Shown piece by piece: positions 25,225-37,916 of a DNA stretch of 55,465 bases. Source of the stretch: Octopus bimaculoides (Eukaryota); the NCBI RefSeq assembly GCF_001194135.2, contig NC_068987.1, positions 60,898,340-60,953,804 on the forward strand, in the 5' to 3' direction. Each line of letters begins with the position of its first letter. Position 1 is the first letter of the stretch. The notes under the pieces are model-generated. The model searched no databases and was not told where the DNA came from. It was given only the letters and a program-made list of their open reading frames with translations. Position numbers and translations under genes: made by a program.

Positions 25225-26299
25225 TACACGTTCAATTTCATATATCAAAGAAACAAGATGGCTGACAAACCCATCCTAAGCTCCAAATAACAGAGCTTAT
25301 GCAACCAAAGAAGCAATTATGTCAGTATCAAGTGGCCCACACCAATACCAGCCTACATATACAAAAGCAGCAATCCACAAACAACTGAAACAAGGATCTG
25401 TCAGTTTTCTCTCCCCAATAACACTACAAACGCACCAGTCTGGCCTGAGAAGTCACATTATATTGAGGGTCAAATAATCATTGTTTTCCCTGATCTTGCT
25501 TGACATAAAATGTCCTCTCTTCATCAGGTTGAACTTGTACCTGATGTCCTTATGCACATCTTGTTGCTTATATGCAATGATATTAATGTTTATTTTCTAA
25601 GTCAGTAATTTTGAGGGGAGGGGTGACGGTCAACAACATTGCCCACCCCCCTCCCCCAGCACCTGTCTGGTACTTTACTTTATCAATCCTAAAAGGACAG
25701 AAAGTAAAGTTGACTTTGGTGGGATTTGATCTCAGAAAGTAAAAAAGCCAAAAGAAATACTACTAAACGTTTTGTCCAATATGTTAATGATTTTATTAGC
25801 TTGCTGCCTAAATGAATATTGGTTTCAAATTTTGGAACAAGGCCAGCAATTTTGGGGGAGGGGCACATCAACTACATCAACCTCAGTGTTCAACCGCTAT
25901 TTATTTTAACAATCTCAAAAGGGTGACAGGCAAAGTCGACCTCGGTGGAATTTGAATGCAGAAGGCCTCCAAGCATTTTGCTTGGTGAACAATTCTGCTA
26001 GATTGCTGCCCTGCCTTGGTAAATATAAATAATTATTTGCAATTTTTGGCACAAGGCTAAAGTTTTAGATGAGGGTGCTAGTCGGTTACATTGACCCTAA
26101 TATGTGACTGGGGGTTTATTTTTACTGACCCCAAAAGGATGCAAAGCAAAGTTGACCTTGGAGGCATTTGAACTCAGACCCTAAAGAGCCTGAAAAATGC
26201 CTCTATTAATAATAATAACAAGAGTACTCAGAAATCTGGAGTGGGAGGGGCATCTCTTTCACACTCTCTTTCCTTTCTAAATGAAACTTGAAAATGTCA

Positions 26300-27200
26300 C
26301 TGACAAATATATGTTAGTCTGCTCTAAATTATGAGAAATCTGTAAAGCAAAGAAAGAATGTTAAAATTTGTGCAAATCCAAATCTAATTTCAAAAGTTTT
26401 GTGAGGATTACTAATTGTTGACAGAGTTTGATACTCTCATGGAAGTAAACTCGTTCATGTGAAAAATAACCTTGGAACAATATTATATTTCTTTCTGCTA
26501 GTGTTAATGAATATTTTCAGATGTTCAACACAAATTGCTATATGGGAGTAGTTCATAAGGCCCATTTTGACCTCCTGTTTGATTCTACTCAAGATCAAGC
26601 ACATCGACAACAAATGGTAGGAACATTTTATTATATTGATATTGGTTAGTAAGGAGACAATTTATTGTTAACTGGAGACTTATTATCTTGGGTTAATCCA
26701 AAAGAGAAATAGGCACTGAAAACATGATAGAAATATTTTTGGATCAACTTGTAAAAGAGGAAATGCCATTATAAAACTAGATCTTAATGCTAAGATAATG
26801 CTGTAGTTATTGTTTGGTTATATAAATGCTGATCAACAGCGTTTCTATAACAAATGCAATTGCTCATTTCGTTTGTTTTCCTCTCAACATTCTATTGACA
26901 AAAGCTGAAAAAAAAAACTTTATGATCCATCAGTTTCAATCTGGAAACCAAGCAACTATGTACACAAATAGCTTGGGTGCCATCATTCAGCAACTTATAC
27001 ACAGACAAGAATTGTGAAGTCCAAGGATCTCATAACAAAGTTTAGAAATTCTGTTACATATTCCTGCATGTGCAAAAGTTCAAGGGAGCCAAAATAAATT
27101 ATTTAAAAAATTGTTTTGAATAAACTGTATTGCTTAGAGTGTGAATTATGTTATGTATCACCATTATGAAGTTGGGTTTTGCATTAAATGGAGAGGAAGA
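26300..27200 (+). pseudogene. Highly decayed hAT transposase remnant
   Basis: Fragments DSTQDQAHRQQM and DNA...NAIAHFVCF resemble the hAT motifs DSTxD.sh.eQl and DNA...FvpC.aHsLNL. Many stops; no ends found. Confidence 0.5.
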
Positions 27201-27867
27201 GTAACAATGTTACCCGCATGTATAGTACAGTATAAGGATCTAGGAAGTTCACCTTGTCTTTTAGGAATTCCCTCCAAAACGAAGGGACTGTTTGTTACCG
27301 AAATCAGAACCGAATGATTAGACTTGGGCAAAGGTCAGTCAAGAATCACTATTGTCTCCAAAGTCGATGTCCACCCCCACTGCCCCGAATTCAGGTCCAA
27401 TTTCAAAAAATTTTTCTGGGGATCTTACTGCTTTACCACTACCATATGGGCTCAAAGCACTACACCACATGCATAATTCTTTCACAATACGTCTCCATCC
27501 CTTTGTTTTATTTAGCACCTGTAACCAACAAAAAAAGTGCCATTACACAAGAAAGGGAAGGTGTCGTAGAATGCGCACACCAAAATAACATAACCAGTGA
27601 CCCAGTGTGAATGCATTAACCCTCCGGTAGTGTGGTTCTGTATTTCTCATGGTTAGAATGGTAGCATATGGAGAACCCAACTCATAGTTTTAGCTATTTT
27701 TAGTATTTTATGTGTTCTTAAGTGATAATATTACCAAAACAACATATTTTGATATAAGGTATTTATTTAACGTGTAAACAAAAAGAAACGAGTACTCTTT
27801 GAAAATGAAGGTCAAACAAAATAAAACTATTTTTTGGTGGGGAGAGTGCTCCTTTCATATTTACTAT

Positions 27868-30046
27868 TTACTCATTGTTTGCACTATCATCCTCATCACT
27901 TTTAGTAATGCAGACAATGCAAATGTGCATAGCATGTTCCAAGCAGATAGGCTTATAGCACTTCTGGCAGCAATTTCTTGTCTTACAATCTTTTGACCTG
28001 AGATACAATGAGCATCTTAGTATGGAATCTTCATGATGACGTTTTGGAGGTAATCCCTAAGATGCTGAGAAATATTGAATCAAGTCTTTCTTCAAATATA
28101 GGTTTGTCTTGTGCTGATGGATATGGTCATCCACCAACTTGAATCCCAATTCCCTCCAAAACTTTTGGTGCCTGATAGCTGTTTGAGAGTGTGCCATGAA
28201 TATACTGCATGCATTTATTCCAGCAACATTAACATTGAGCATGGTGCAGAAAACTGTAACTGGCCAATGTTGAGTATTTTTGGAAACATTGTAGATGGAA
28301 CACAAATGATCCACAGTATCTACCCTTCCTTTAGTAGTTGTAGAAGGTAATAATCTCTGGTCTTCTTTTTTCTTTCGTACTTTCACCAATTGCAGCATTT
28401 TACTTTTCTTGAGAACATATGAGGTCAGTATAACATCCTTCTGGAAACCAAACAAGCTTGTGTATTCAGTTCTGCCTCTTGTGGCTACAAACTGAGGAGG
28501 AAGTTCTATCTTGTTCTTTCTCAGAGTGCCAACTAATGTTAATCTATAATTCTTCAAGAGATCAACTACAAGTCCATAACTTGTAAACCAATTATCCATT
28601 GTAATATTTCTTCCAGACCCATTTATATGAGACACTAACTGTTTTACCACTGCTGCTCCTGAATTATCTACTACACAAGGGCATGACATAGAAAGTTTTA
28701 GCATCTGCCAAAATAAATACTTTTATGCCATATTTATCCGGTTTACTTGGCATGTAGACCCTGAATGGACAGTTCCCTTTAAAGGCAGCCAGTATTTCAT
28801 CTACTGTCGCATACTCTGAGACAGTGAAATTGTAGTTGCGGCTGATGCCAGTACCACCTAACTGGCACACATGTTGGTGGCACATAATAAGCACCATTCA
28901 AGTGTGGGTCAATGCCAGTGCCACTTGACTGGCTCCCCGTGCTGGTGGCATGTAAAAAGCACCATCCAAATGTGGTCGATGTCAGTGTCCCAACTGGCTC
29001 CTGTGCCAGTAGCACATAAAAAGCACCTTCTGAATGCGGTCAAAACCAGTGCCTCCTGTGCCAGTGGCATGTAAAAAGCACCATCTGAACTCAGGTGATG
29101 CCAGCACAGCCTGACTGGCTCCTGTGCTGGTCACACATAAAAAGCACTCACTACACTCTTGGAGTGGTTGGCATTGGCATCAAGCTGTAGAAACCTTGCC
29201 AGTCCTCAGTCAAACCATCCAACCTATGCCAGCATGTTAAATGATGATGATGATTATAATTGGAGATACAATTATTAACAAATTTCTCAAAGAACTTTCT
29301 AAAAGGTGCAAACTTATCTTCTAGCCTCCTTTCAGCCTGGGTGTGGATGTCATCAAACCTCATAGACCTCAGCAGGAAACGAAATTGCTGCAAAGACATA
29401 GTTGCCAGAAAAATTTCAATTCCTGTACCATTTGGTTGCCTAAACATCTTCCATATTCATTCAGTTGGATCTAAAAACTCCTAACAGATAAAGCAGCCCT
29501 ATTGCAGCTTTCTTCTCCCTTTCATTAGTATGTCTCTCTTTTGACTTATCTTTATGTTTACCTTGTTTACTGTCAATGTAGATATTAATATAAGCTACTA
29601 ATTCATTCAGAAGTTCTTGAGTGAGAAACAAAGACCAGCAGTCCTCTGCAGTGTACAAATGTTTTGCTGCTACTCTTGGTCCTGGTGAATCCCGATATAT
29701 GCTATGGAAGAGACATGGGGAACTTCTTTCCGGAGAATTTTATTATTTTTACCTATAAACTGTTTTTCCGTGTTCCTTGTAGCTTGTTGTTCATCTTCAT
29801 CTGTTTCTTCTAAAGGGTCTTCTGGTGAAGTCTGCAACATGCCATCTGCTTCAGCTCCTCCCTCTTCATCTGTTGTTTCTTCCTCAGCTATACTCTCTTC
29901 TTCCACTTCAGATTCCTTTTCATCTGGTTCTTCATCAAGAAATGATCCCGATTCTTCTATGTCTAATTCTCTCTCAATTTTTCCATCTGTCTTTTCTGAA
30001 TCTGAAAGGAAAGAAGATTTCTCACTTTTATGGCATTCAGAACCAT
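27868..30046 (-). pseudogene. piggyBac transposase, frameshifted and interrupted
   Basis: Acidic N-terminus (29670-30046). DDD motifs TVDE..AFKG, NITMDNWFTS and GRVDTVDHL; KPDKYGIK; C-terminal Cys-rich domain (RC...NCCQKCNKPICLEH..ICIVC). Several frameshifts plus an insertion at 28839-29254. Confidence 0.92.
28839..29254 (+). mobile_element. RTE-LINE 3' tail / RTE-tailed SINE inserted into the piggyBac transposase
   Basis: Five 55-67 bp subrepeats, then the GGAGTGGTTGGC...CCAACC...(GAT)n tail. Degenerate TSD tgtagttg/tataattg. Removing it rejoins the transposase reading NCISNY-NFTVSEY. Confidence 0.85.
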
Positions 30047-31229
30047 CTAATACCAAAAAAAAAAAAAAAAAAAAAAATGGTCAGTTGACAATAATATATA
30101 ATTATATGTGAGAAATAATCAGCCTTTCACATATAAAAATAAAATAAACAATAATAAAGAAAAGGGAACAAAAACGTCTGTCAATAAATAGTGAATGGTA
30201 CGGTGGGGTATGTAAAATCCCAGATACAAGTAACACGTGTGCACTTCTCATCCCTCAGCAAACAACTGAGTAGAGATGTGCCAAGAAATTACATGGATGG
30301 ATAGCTCTATCACTGCTGCCAGATGTAAGATACACATATACAAACATCACCCGTGGTATGAGATATGCCACTGCACCACGGGAGGGTTAAACAGAGTGGC
30401 TCTCATGGACAAAGTGGTGGAGATAAACCAGACAAAATATTAGATCCACCACCCAAATCAAACTGTTTGGATCTTTTCAATCTCAGTCACAGATTTTTTA
30501 ATTAATTTTTTTTTTTTGAATAGATCCGATGTGGTTTATCTAGAAGAGTATCGAGCTATTGTATATATATCTGTAACAATTAATAATGTGGTTATATCCT
30601 GGTAGGACACACTTAGCAGGGACATATAAGGTTGGTTTCAGCTGATTTAAGCATAACCTTGCATCAACATAAATCATTTTTGAGTAAGTACTGTATTTAC
30701 AATATGTGTAGCATGGTGTTATTTTCGTTGTTTGTTATTAATGGTCATTAACACATTGTAGTTGCACACGGTTACAGAAACATTCATACTCCACATCAAG
30801 ATTTTTTCAAAGTTGTTCTAAAATCAATAAAATAGAAAACGCAGTAATTCTAGTCTGTGTTATGACGATGAGTAACAACATTACGAAAAGATAGTAATTA
30901 AATTCATAGCTGTTCCACCGATATAAAGAACACTGGAAATGCTTTAACGGTGCAAGATTAAGCTAATGAACTTTGTGGAAAGCATTTGCGTCACTGGCCT
31001 TGCTAATACAGAAAGTGAAACATCAAACAGAAATAGCCTTAGGTTCGTACCTCAACTAAAGGAAGCGAATTGCATTCAAACAAGTAGAAAATAAGTAAGA
31101 TTTGAATTTCAGTATAATAAGATTTTATTAATTCAGATTTAAGAAATAATTCACAGCAATAATCTTAAATTTATGGGGTTTCCTCGTCTTATCATCATTA
31201 TATTTTTAAGATACGAAACTAAGATATAA

Positions 31230-31295
31230 CCTCAGATTTTCTCTCGTGTTATCTCCTGTCCTGTACTTGACGAAGGTCAGAAAAGAGAAGAAGCA
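31230..31295 (+). promoter_or_regulatory. Candidate non-coding first exon / TSS region of UQCRQ
   Basis: Strong donor aagca|gtaagt at 31296 followed by T-rich sequence. Pyrimidine-rich, ATG-free leader; CpG is locally less depleted over 30700-31300. The coding exon starts only 2 nt before the ATG, so an upstream UTR exon is required. The 5' boundary is approximate. Confidence 0.45.
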
Positions 31296-32363
31296 GTAAG
31301 TTTGTATTTAAATTGATATATTTTTCACATATTTTAAGGTAAAATAATTTTTCTTTCAACAGTGTTTTTCTCCTGAAAATGTAAATTTTTATATTTATTT
31401 CTGTGACTGTTTCTCCTGTGTTTTTTTCGTCCCGAGATCTAAAAATGTCAATAACTTACTACTACATTCGTGTATCTTTATAAAATTCTTTTTGCATTAA
31501 CAAATTGATATTTATTTTATCAAATTTTAATAAAATATTAAATTTACTAATAGTTCTGATGTTTTATAACTAAAGACAATTTAATTTTTCGATTTTATTT
31601 CACTGCTGACTTTCAAATGTATCATTTTCGAAGAAGGTTAAACTCTTTCAATGTTATTTTAAAGCAGTTTTTGAAAATTATATTTCTTTCTACAAAATGT
31701 GTTCCTCGTCCTGAGATTAATCATTTATCTTTCTACTGAATACCTTAGTTTTTCTACTCTATTTACTAAATAATACACCTTTCCCGAGTCAACAAGGAAA
31801 CATTTTCGACTCGCTAGAGATAGCAGTCAAATCACACCTTCGCTGTTGCATAAATGAGAGTGTATTGGATAGTGACCGCTTATCCCAATCCTTATAATGA
31901 AGGGAAAAAACTTTTAATTTCAAGGGATACTCTGGGATTAAACAACATATACCCTCATCACTTTCGTGAATGAAACTAATATTTAAGTTTTCAATTTCCT
32001 AAAGTAATAATGTTATTTTCTGAATTTTGTTGATTTTTTTTAGAAGTAGAATTATAAAACAGCTTATTATTAACTATCAACTTTAGGGATGAAACATTTT
32101 ATACCCATACTCCATTTCCATCGAAGATCAGACCAATCGTAATTAATTGTCCCTAAAATTATAATCCTAAGATTTTAATATAACTCATTTCAAGCAATTA
32201 GACATTTCACAATTAAATTCAAAATTAAGAAATATTTTATTTTCAAAGTTAGGCAACTGCTACCAACTAAACAAAATATACATTTTCCAATGTCATTACT
32301 TTATAGGAAAGTGGGTTATACATCATTAGATGTATACCTGACTTTCCTATATAAAATTAGAAA

Positions 32364-32604
32364 TGTAACGGAACGCTGAACTCCAGACTATCAACTTAAA
32401 CAACATTTATTCAGGTAGTAAATATATACATCTTTAGCTCTTGTTTGTTGTTACAGCTTCTGTGTGTGTGAGCATAGTTGTTGGGACATTGTTATGTAGA
32501 TGTAAGCGAGCTGTCGAGCGTAAGTCCGAAAGATGAAGAGAGACAGCTAAACTCGTAAAGAGACTGTCTCCAGAGTTGGAATGTTGGAGACACTGCTTGA
32601 CACG
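32364..32604. mobile_element. Possible LTR fragment running into an assembly gap
   Basis: Abrupt change in composition starting TGTAAC, minus-strand AATAAA (tttatt) about 40 bp inside, CpG-rich. The other end is lost in Ns. Confidence 0.3.
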
Positions 32605-33859
32605 NNNNNNNNNNNNNNNNNNNNNNNNNNNNNNNNNNNNNNNNNNNNNNNNNNNNNNNNNNNNNNNNNNNNNNNNNNNNNNNNNNNNNNNNNNNNNNNN
32701 NNNNNNNNNNNNNNNNNNNNNNNNNNNNNNNNNNNNNNNNNNNNNNNNNNNNNNNNNNNNNNNNNNNNNNNNNNNNNNNNNNNNNNNNNNNNNNNNNNNN
32801 NNNNNNNNNNNNNNNNNNNNNNNNNNNNNNNNNNNNNNNNNNNNNNNNNNNNNNNNNNNNNNNNNNNNNNNNNNNNNNNNNNNNNNNNNNNNNNNNNNNN
32901 NNNNNNNNNNNNNNNNNNNNNNNNNNNNNNNNNNNNNNNNNNNTACGGGTTAAACTTTAGCTATTTCACGTTTGCATTTAGGAAGCATACTGTAACCCTT
33001 TGTTTTCTTTTGGTTTCAGTTATTGGTCTATGACTGTGTTAGAGTTCCACCTTTAAGGGATTTCAATCTCATTACTTGAGTCTATAAAAGACTTAGACTT
33101 CATCAGCATCTGTTGGTCAGTATTGGTTAAGGCCTAGATGATTACAAATAAGTTAAATCCTTGTGAGTTCTGTTTTACAGAGAAACTTCACAGCATCTTG
33201 TCTCAATATTAGTTTCAAATTTTGCCACAAGGTCAGGAATTTTGACCCCAGTACTCAACTGTTATTTTATCGACCCCGACAGCATTTGAACTCAACATAA
33301 AGATAGATGAATTGCTACTAAGCATTTTGCCCTGTGGGCTAACGATTCTACCAGCTCATTGCCTTATCCTGTCTCTTTAAGTCCTGTACTGCAAATAACT
33401 TTGATTGTCACCTATCTCTGAATGACACATAACCAGAATTCAAGAAATGTTGTTAGGGACTGGAAAACGGGAATTCTGTCAAAGAAACAATGTTTAGCTT
33501 CATTTTAGCAAAAACTTCTTATCAAAAGACTTACTGCTTAGATCATATATGCATTTCAGTTTGTTGCCAGTACCGCCTGACTGGCCTTCGTGCCGGTGGC
33601 ACGTAAAAGCACCCACTACACTCTCGGAGTGGTTGGCGTTAGGAAGGGCATCCACCTGTAGAGGCTCTGCCAAATCAGATTGGAGCCTGGTGTAGCCATC
33701 TGGTTTCACCAGTCCTCAGTCAAATTGTCCAACCCATGCTAGCATGGAAAGTGGACATTAAATGATGATGATGATGATGATTTCTTCTGTGAATTTCTTC
33801 AGGCTTTTTTCTTGAATGTGGTTATATTAATAATTAATGTAGAGAGAGAGAAAATTTAG

Positions 33860-34330
33860 ACTTGGAGAAAGCAGTAATATTTCAGTGTTGTTTGTACACA
33901 TCAGCTATTTCAGTGATTCTGAGTGGAATTGATATCTGAATTTGTTGAGTATTGATAGTGAAGTTGTTTTTGGACAGGGGTAGAGTGATTACATTGTTGA
34001 TTATTGCATCTGTGCTTTGATAGTGATTTGGGTCCAGCAAAACCTTTGAATGTAAGAAAAATCCATTGAGTATTTTTTTCGGCTTTTTTGTGAGGGAATT
34101 AGTGATGAAACCACAAGGTATGTGCATAAATGTGGCAACCCCACCTTCATTACGTCATTGGAGTAGTTGATAGCAGATCTTGGAATGTTTTTTTCTGAAA
34201 GTATTGGTACAGCTTCCAAGTTACAAAGACTAAGTATCACACAAATTCAGCTCTGAGACTGAATGTGTTGCCCAAGAATCAATATCTTGTAAATATATGT
34301 GAAAAGACCATCCTGTAATCAACTGAACCT
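33860..34330 (-). mobile_element. Possible AP-endonuclease fragment of a LINE
   Basis: DILSLC.TW-like and GVATFMHIP-like motifs across frameshifts. Confidence 0.4.
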
Positions 34331-35440
34331 GTATATAACTTACTAGTGACATAACAGCAAGTAAAAAACCACACTCACAACATACACCAACAATCTTTAC
34401 ATCTGATCAAGTTTCACCCAAATTCATGAAATAATTATATATAGTAGACTAACTGCATTTTCATCAAAATCTGTAGTTCTAAAAGGATTGGGAGATTTAT
34501 TTAAAGCACTCAGTCCACTCTGTAAAGTGGCTGGTGATAGGAAGGGCATGTAACTGTAAAAACCATGCCAAAGTTGACAATGGAGTTTGGCACAGGCCTC
34601 TAGCTTTCCAGCTCCTGTGAAACTGTCCAACTCATGTTGGCATGGAGGCAAGATGTTAAACAATGATGAAGCACTACAGGAATTTAAGAGTTAAATAAAA
34701 ACAATAAACTAGCTTGAACTTGCCCACATTTATATCAAAGATGATCTCCTGATGTATATTGGGACCTACCCAGAATCATTCTATTACTTCCCATATTACT
34801 TACCTGTATGGCCAACTGGTCACATGAAATCGTAGTTCAGGAATATTTGATCCCTGTTTATCTCGCAAAAATTAACATATATAAGGCCCTAAAATCTTCC
34901 AACAAAGTTTGTTGAGCACTTTTATGTTTTTGTCCTGTACATAAGATGAAATTAAGATGTCTCATGAGCTTCCATACAGTTTTCATTTATCCAATTCCAT
35001 TCAAGGCTTTGGTTGACTTGAGGCTGTAGTGGAAGACATTTACCCAAGGTAACAAGTAAAGGGATCATAATTCAGAACCAAGCGATTGTAAAACAGCATT
35101 CTTAAATATACGACTATGTATAGATCCATCACAGTTCATTTTCTTTTAAATTCACATTGTTCATTACACCATTTCTTCTCAAGCATCATTTATGTTGTAC
35201 ATCACTGCGTAGACATTTTCTTAGAACTGATTACATTGCCTCGTGTATTGAGTCTGTTGAACTAAAATATCTATGTTCATCTATAGACTTAAACTTGTCT
35301 TCTAATTTTCATATTTCTGGAGCTCCTCAATTGGTAATATTTACTAGATCAAGTTTCTCATATGTACTAGTTGAGGTTTAACTAAGGTTGTCATTGAAAA
35401 AACAAATCTTAATGCAATATTTCTTTTTCTTTTGCTAGCC

Positions 35441-35594
35441 ATGGGTAAAATGTTTGGAAATCTCCACCACATTAGTGGTGTCATTACCTACAGTCTATCT
35501 CCATTTGAACAGAAAGCATTTGCTGGAGCTGTTTCTCATGGAATCCCAAATATGTGGAATCGCTTCAAAGGCCAAGCCTTCCGAGTTTTGCCTC
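35441..35594 (+). CDS. UQCRQ: Cytochrome b-c1 complex subunit 8, first coding exon (MGKMFGNLHHISGVITYSLSPFEQKAFAGAVSHGIPNMWNRFKGQAFRVLP + 1 nt)
   Basis: My translation. Has the QCR8 signature YSLSPFEQ..GIPN..R. Acceptor ttctttttcttttgctag at 35437-38, then CC-ATG. Donor C|gtaagt at 35595 (phase 1). Missing from the ORF track because it is under 60 aa. Confidence 0.96.
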
Positions 35595-36232
35595 GTAAGT
35601 ACTATTAATTAAAAACTTTAAATTTATAAAGAACATTTAAAAGCAAGCTTGAAAGTAACTGCTTTTTAACGATGACTACTGTTTTCTCTCTCACAAAATG
35701 TGGTGATTGCTGTGTAATATGCATATTATTTCTGTAATATTTCACAAAATCTTGCCAAAGTTTTGATTACATTAAAATTTAATCCTTATGCATAGACAGA
35801 CAAAATATAATGATAAAAAACAATTTCGGTGGTGGGGTAAGTTGATTACATCAACCCCAGTGCTCAATTGGTACCAATTTTACTGACCCCGAAAGGATGA
35901 AAGGCAAAGTTGACCTCTGGAATATGAATTCAGAATGTAAAGACATGAAATGCCACTAAGCAGTTTGTTCAGTGTGCTAATGATTCCAAAAGTTTGCTGA
36001 CCTATTGAGAAATGTAATATTGAATTTAAAAAAGTAAATAATAAAAAATATTGAATGAAAACTTTTTTTTGTTATTTACTGAGGCAAAAATAAGTAATAG
36101 AATGTATACATAGCATTTATAGAATGTTTTGTTTGAACAAAGTTTGTTTTGATATATCTATTACAACACTTCTTTAAAGGTAAAGACGTAGTTCTACTTT
36201 TGCCGTAAAGTTTGTCTTTATATTAATTTTAT

Positions 36233-36836
36233 ATAGGTGCAAGTGTGGCTGTGTGGTAAGGCAGCGGCGAGCTGGCAGAAATGTTAGCACGCTGGGCGAA
36301 ATGCTTAGCGGTATTTCGTCTGTCTTTATGTTCTGAGTTCAAATTTCGCCGAGGTCGACTTTGCCTGTCATCCTTTCGGGGTCAATGAATTAAGAACCAG
36401 TTACGCACTGGGGTCGATGTAATTGACTTAATGCATTTGTCTGTCCTTGTTTGTTCCCTCTGTGTGTAGCCCCTTGTGGGTAGTAAAGAAATAAGAAGCT
36501 GGCTTCCCAACCACATGGTTCCAGGTTCAGTCCTGCTGTGTGGTACTTTGAGCAAGTGTATTCTACTATAGCCATGGGTCAACCAAAGCCTTGAGTAGAT
36601 TTGGTAGATGAAAACTGACAGAAGTCCATTTATATATACACATGTATGCGTTTGTGTGTCTGGATTTGTTCTCAACCACCCCTTGACAGCCAGTGTTGGT
36701 GTGTTTACGTTCCTGAAACTTAGCAGTTTGACCAAAGGGATCAAAGAATAAGTACCAGGTTTTAAAAAAAATACTGGGGTCAATTAATTCAACTAAAAAT
36801 ACTTCAAGTCTATGTCCCAGCATGGCCACTGTTATT
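36233..36836 (+). mobile_element. SINE family A interrupted in its tRNA head by a family-C SINE (UQCRQ intron 2)
   Basis: gtgtggtaag | insert | aagctggcttcccaacc restores the consensus head. Confidence 0.88.
36261..36495 (+). mobile_element. SINE family C nested in SINE A
   Basis: Near identical to the reverse complement of 22406-22639. More degenerate copies lie at 10597-10790, 25640-26190 (three), 33220-33365, 35820-36005, 39606-39830 and 40505-40730. Confidence 0.9.
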
Positions 36837-37916
36837 TACTTACCCTTTAGAACTCCTCGTATCAATTCTAAGTATTCTTAACAGTCTGAGAGCAACCTTC
36901 TGAAAAAGCTAGTGAAATCTAGATGTGTGTTGAGGAACTGAAGATTTATAGGAATGTAACTGTTGAAAACAAGTTCACTGCTTAGGTCTTAAGAATTGTT
37001 ACTGAATCTGCTTTTTATATTGGATAATAAAAAAAACACTTGAAATTTTATCTACTACAATGTGCTGGGATGCATCCTTCTTCAGACTTTCACTTGTACT
37101 CACCTTTTACGCATAGAACAAAATTTCCGTTCTGGTTTTTGGTAAAGTGGTTAAAGGAGGCTACCCACACACGCACACATAAGTTTAACAAATTAGAGAA
37201 TGATACTTTATATATGTTGTAAGTATATTTATACGAGGTTGAAGGAGAGAATCTCCATCTTCATATAATCTCTCTCTCTCATATGCATGTGCACACACAC
37301 ACACACGTGTGTGTAACAAAAAAGGAAGTAGACCTCAATATCATTGAAATAGAGGAATCCGCAACATTTCATGTTCATTTTCCATGCTGGTGTGGGTTGG
37401 ACAACTTGACAGGAGATGACAAGGTCAGAGGCCACACCAAGCTCCATAGTCTGTTTTTGCATGGTTTCTACAGCTCGATGCTCTTCCTTATGCCACCCAC
37501 TTTACAAAGTGTACTGGGTTCTTTTATGCACCATCACCAATGCTTTTTACTTGGTACCAGCACCAGTGTTTTTTATGTGGACTCCAGCACCCACACCAAT
37601 GCTTTTTACGTGGCATCTTTGTTTTAGGATATGGAAGGTTCACATACAGCATTCCATGTTACCTGGCAAGCCACAGACATGAAGTTGTTCAATTGCTGAT
37701 TGGTAAACACTTGTGACTCCGTTTGTATGCTTAGTAAACTAGTTCTACCTCAAAATGTGACACATTTTACCGTCCAAGGTGAACAACTCTGCTTGACTTA
37801 ATCGTAAGATGTTGGCAAGCGCACATACACACACACACACACACACGCACACGCACACGCATGTACATACACAGCAATAATAAATCTCTGAGCGAGATGT
37901 AAACAGTAGCAGAATG

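Larger units (their letters stand above)
27620..30386 (-). mobile_element. piggyBac-superfamily DNA transposon, both ends present, defective
   Basis: TTAA|CCCTCC...GGAGGG|TTAA (TSDs 27616-19 and 30387-90) with imperfect TIRs, and a transposase on the minus strand. Confidence 0.93.

Noticed and set aside
25230-25620. Possible L1/Tx1 endonuclease remnant on the minus strand
   Set aside because: Only a vague similarity to one motif; too weak to list as a feature.
28839-29150. Repeat-spacer-like array suggesting CRISPR
   Set aside because: Eukaryotic context, whole units are homologous (no unique spacers), no cas genes, and it is part of a dispersed retroposon tail.
21388-30386. Active or domesticated transposases
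   Set aside because: All three mariners and the piggyBac have stops, frameshifts or deletions across catalytic regions.
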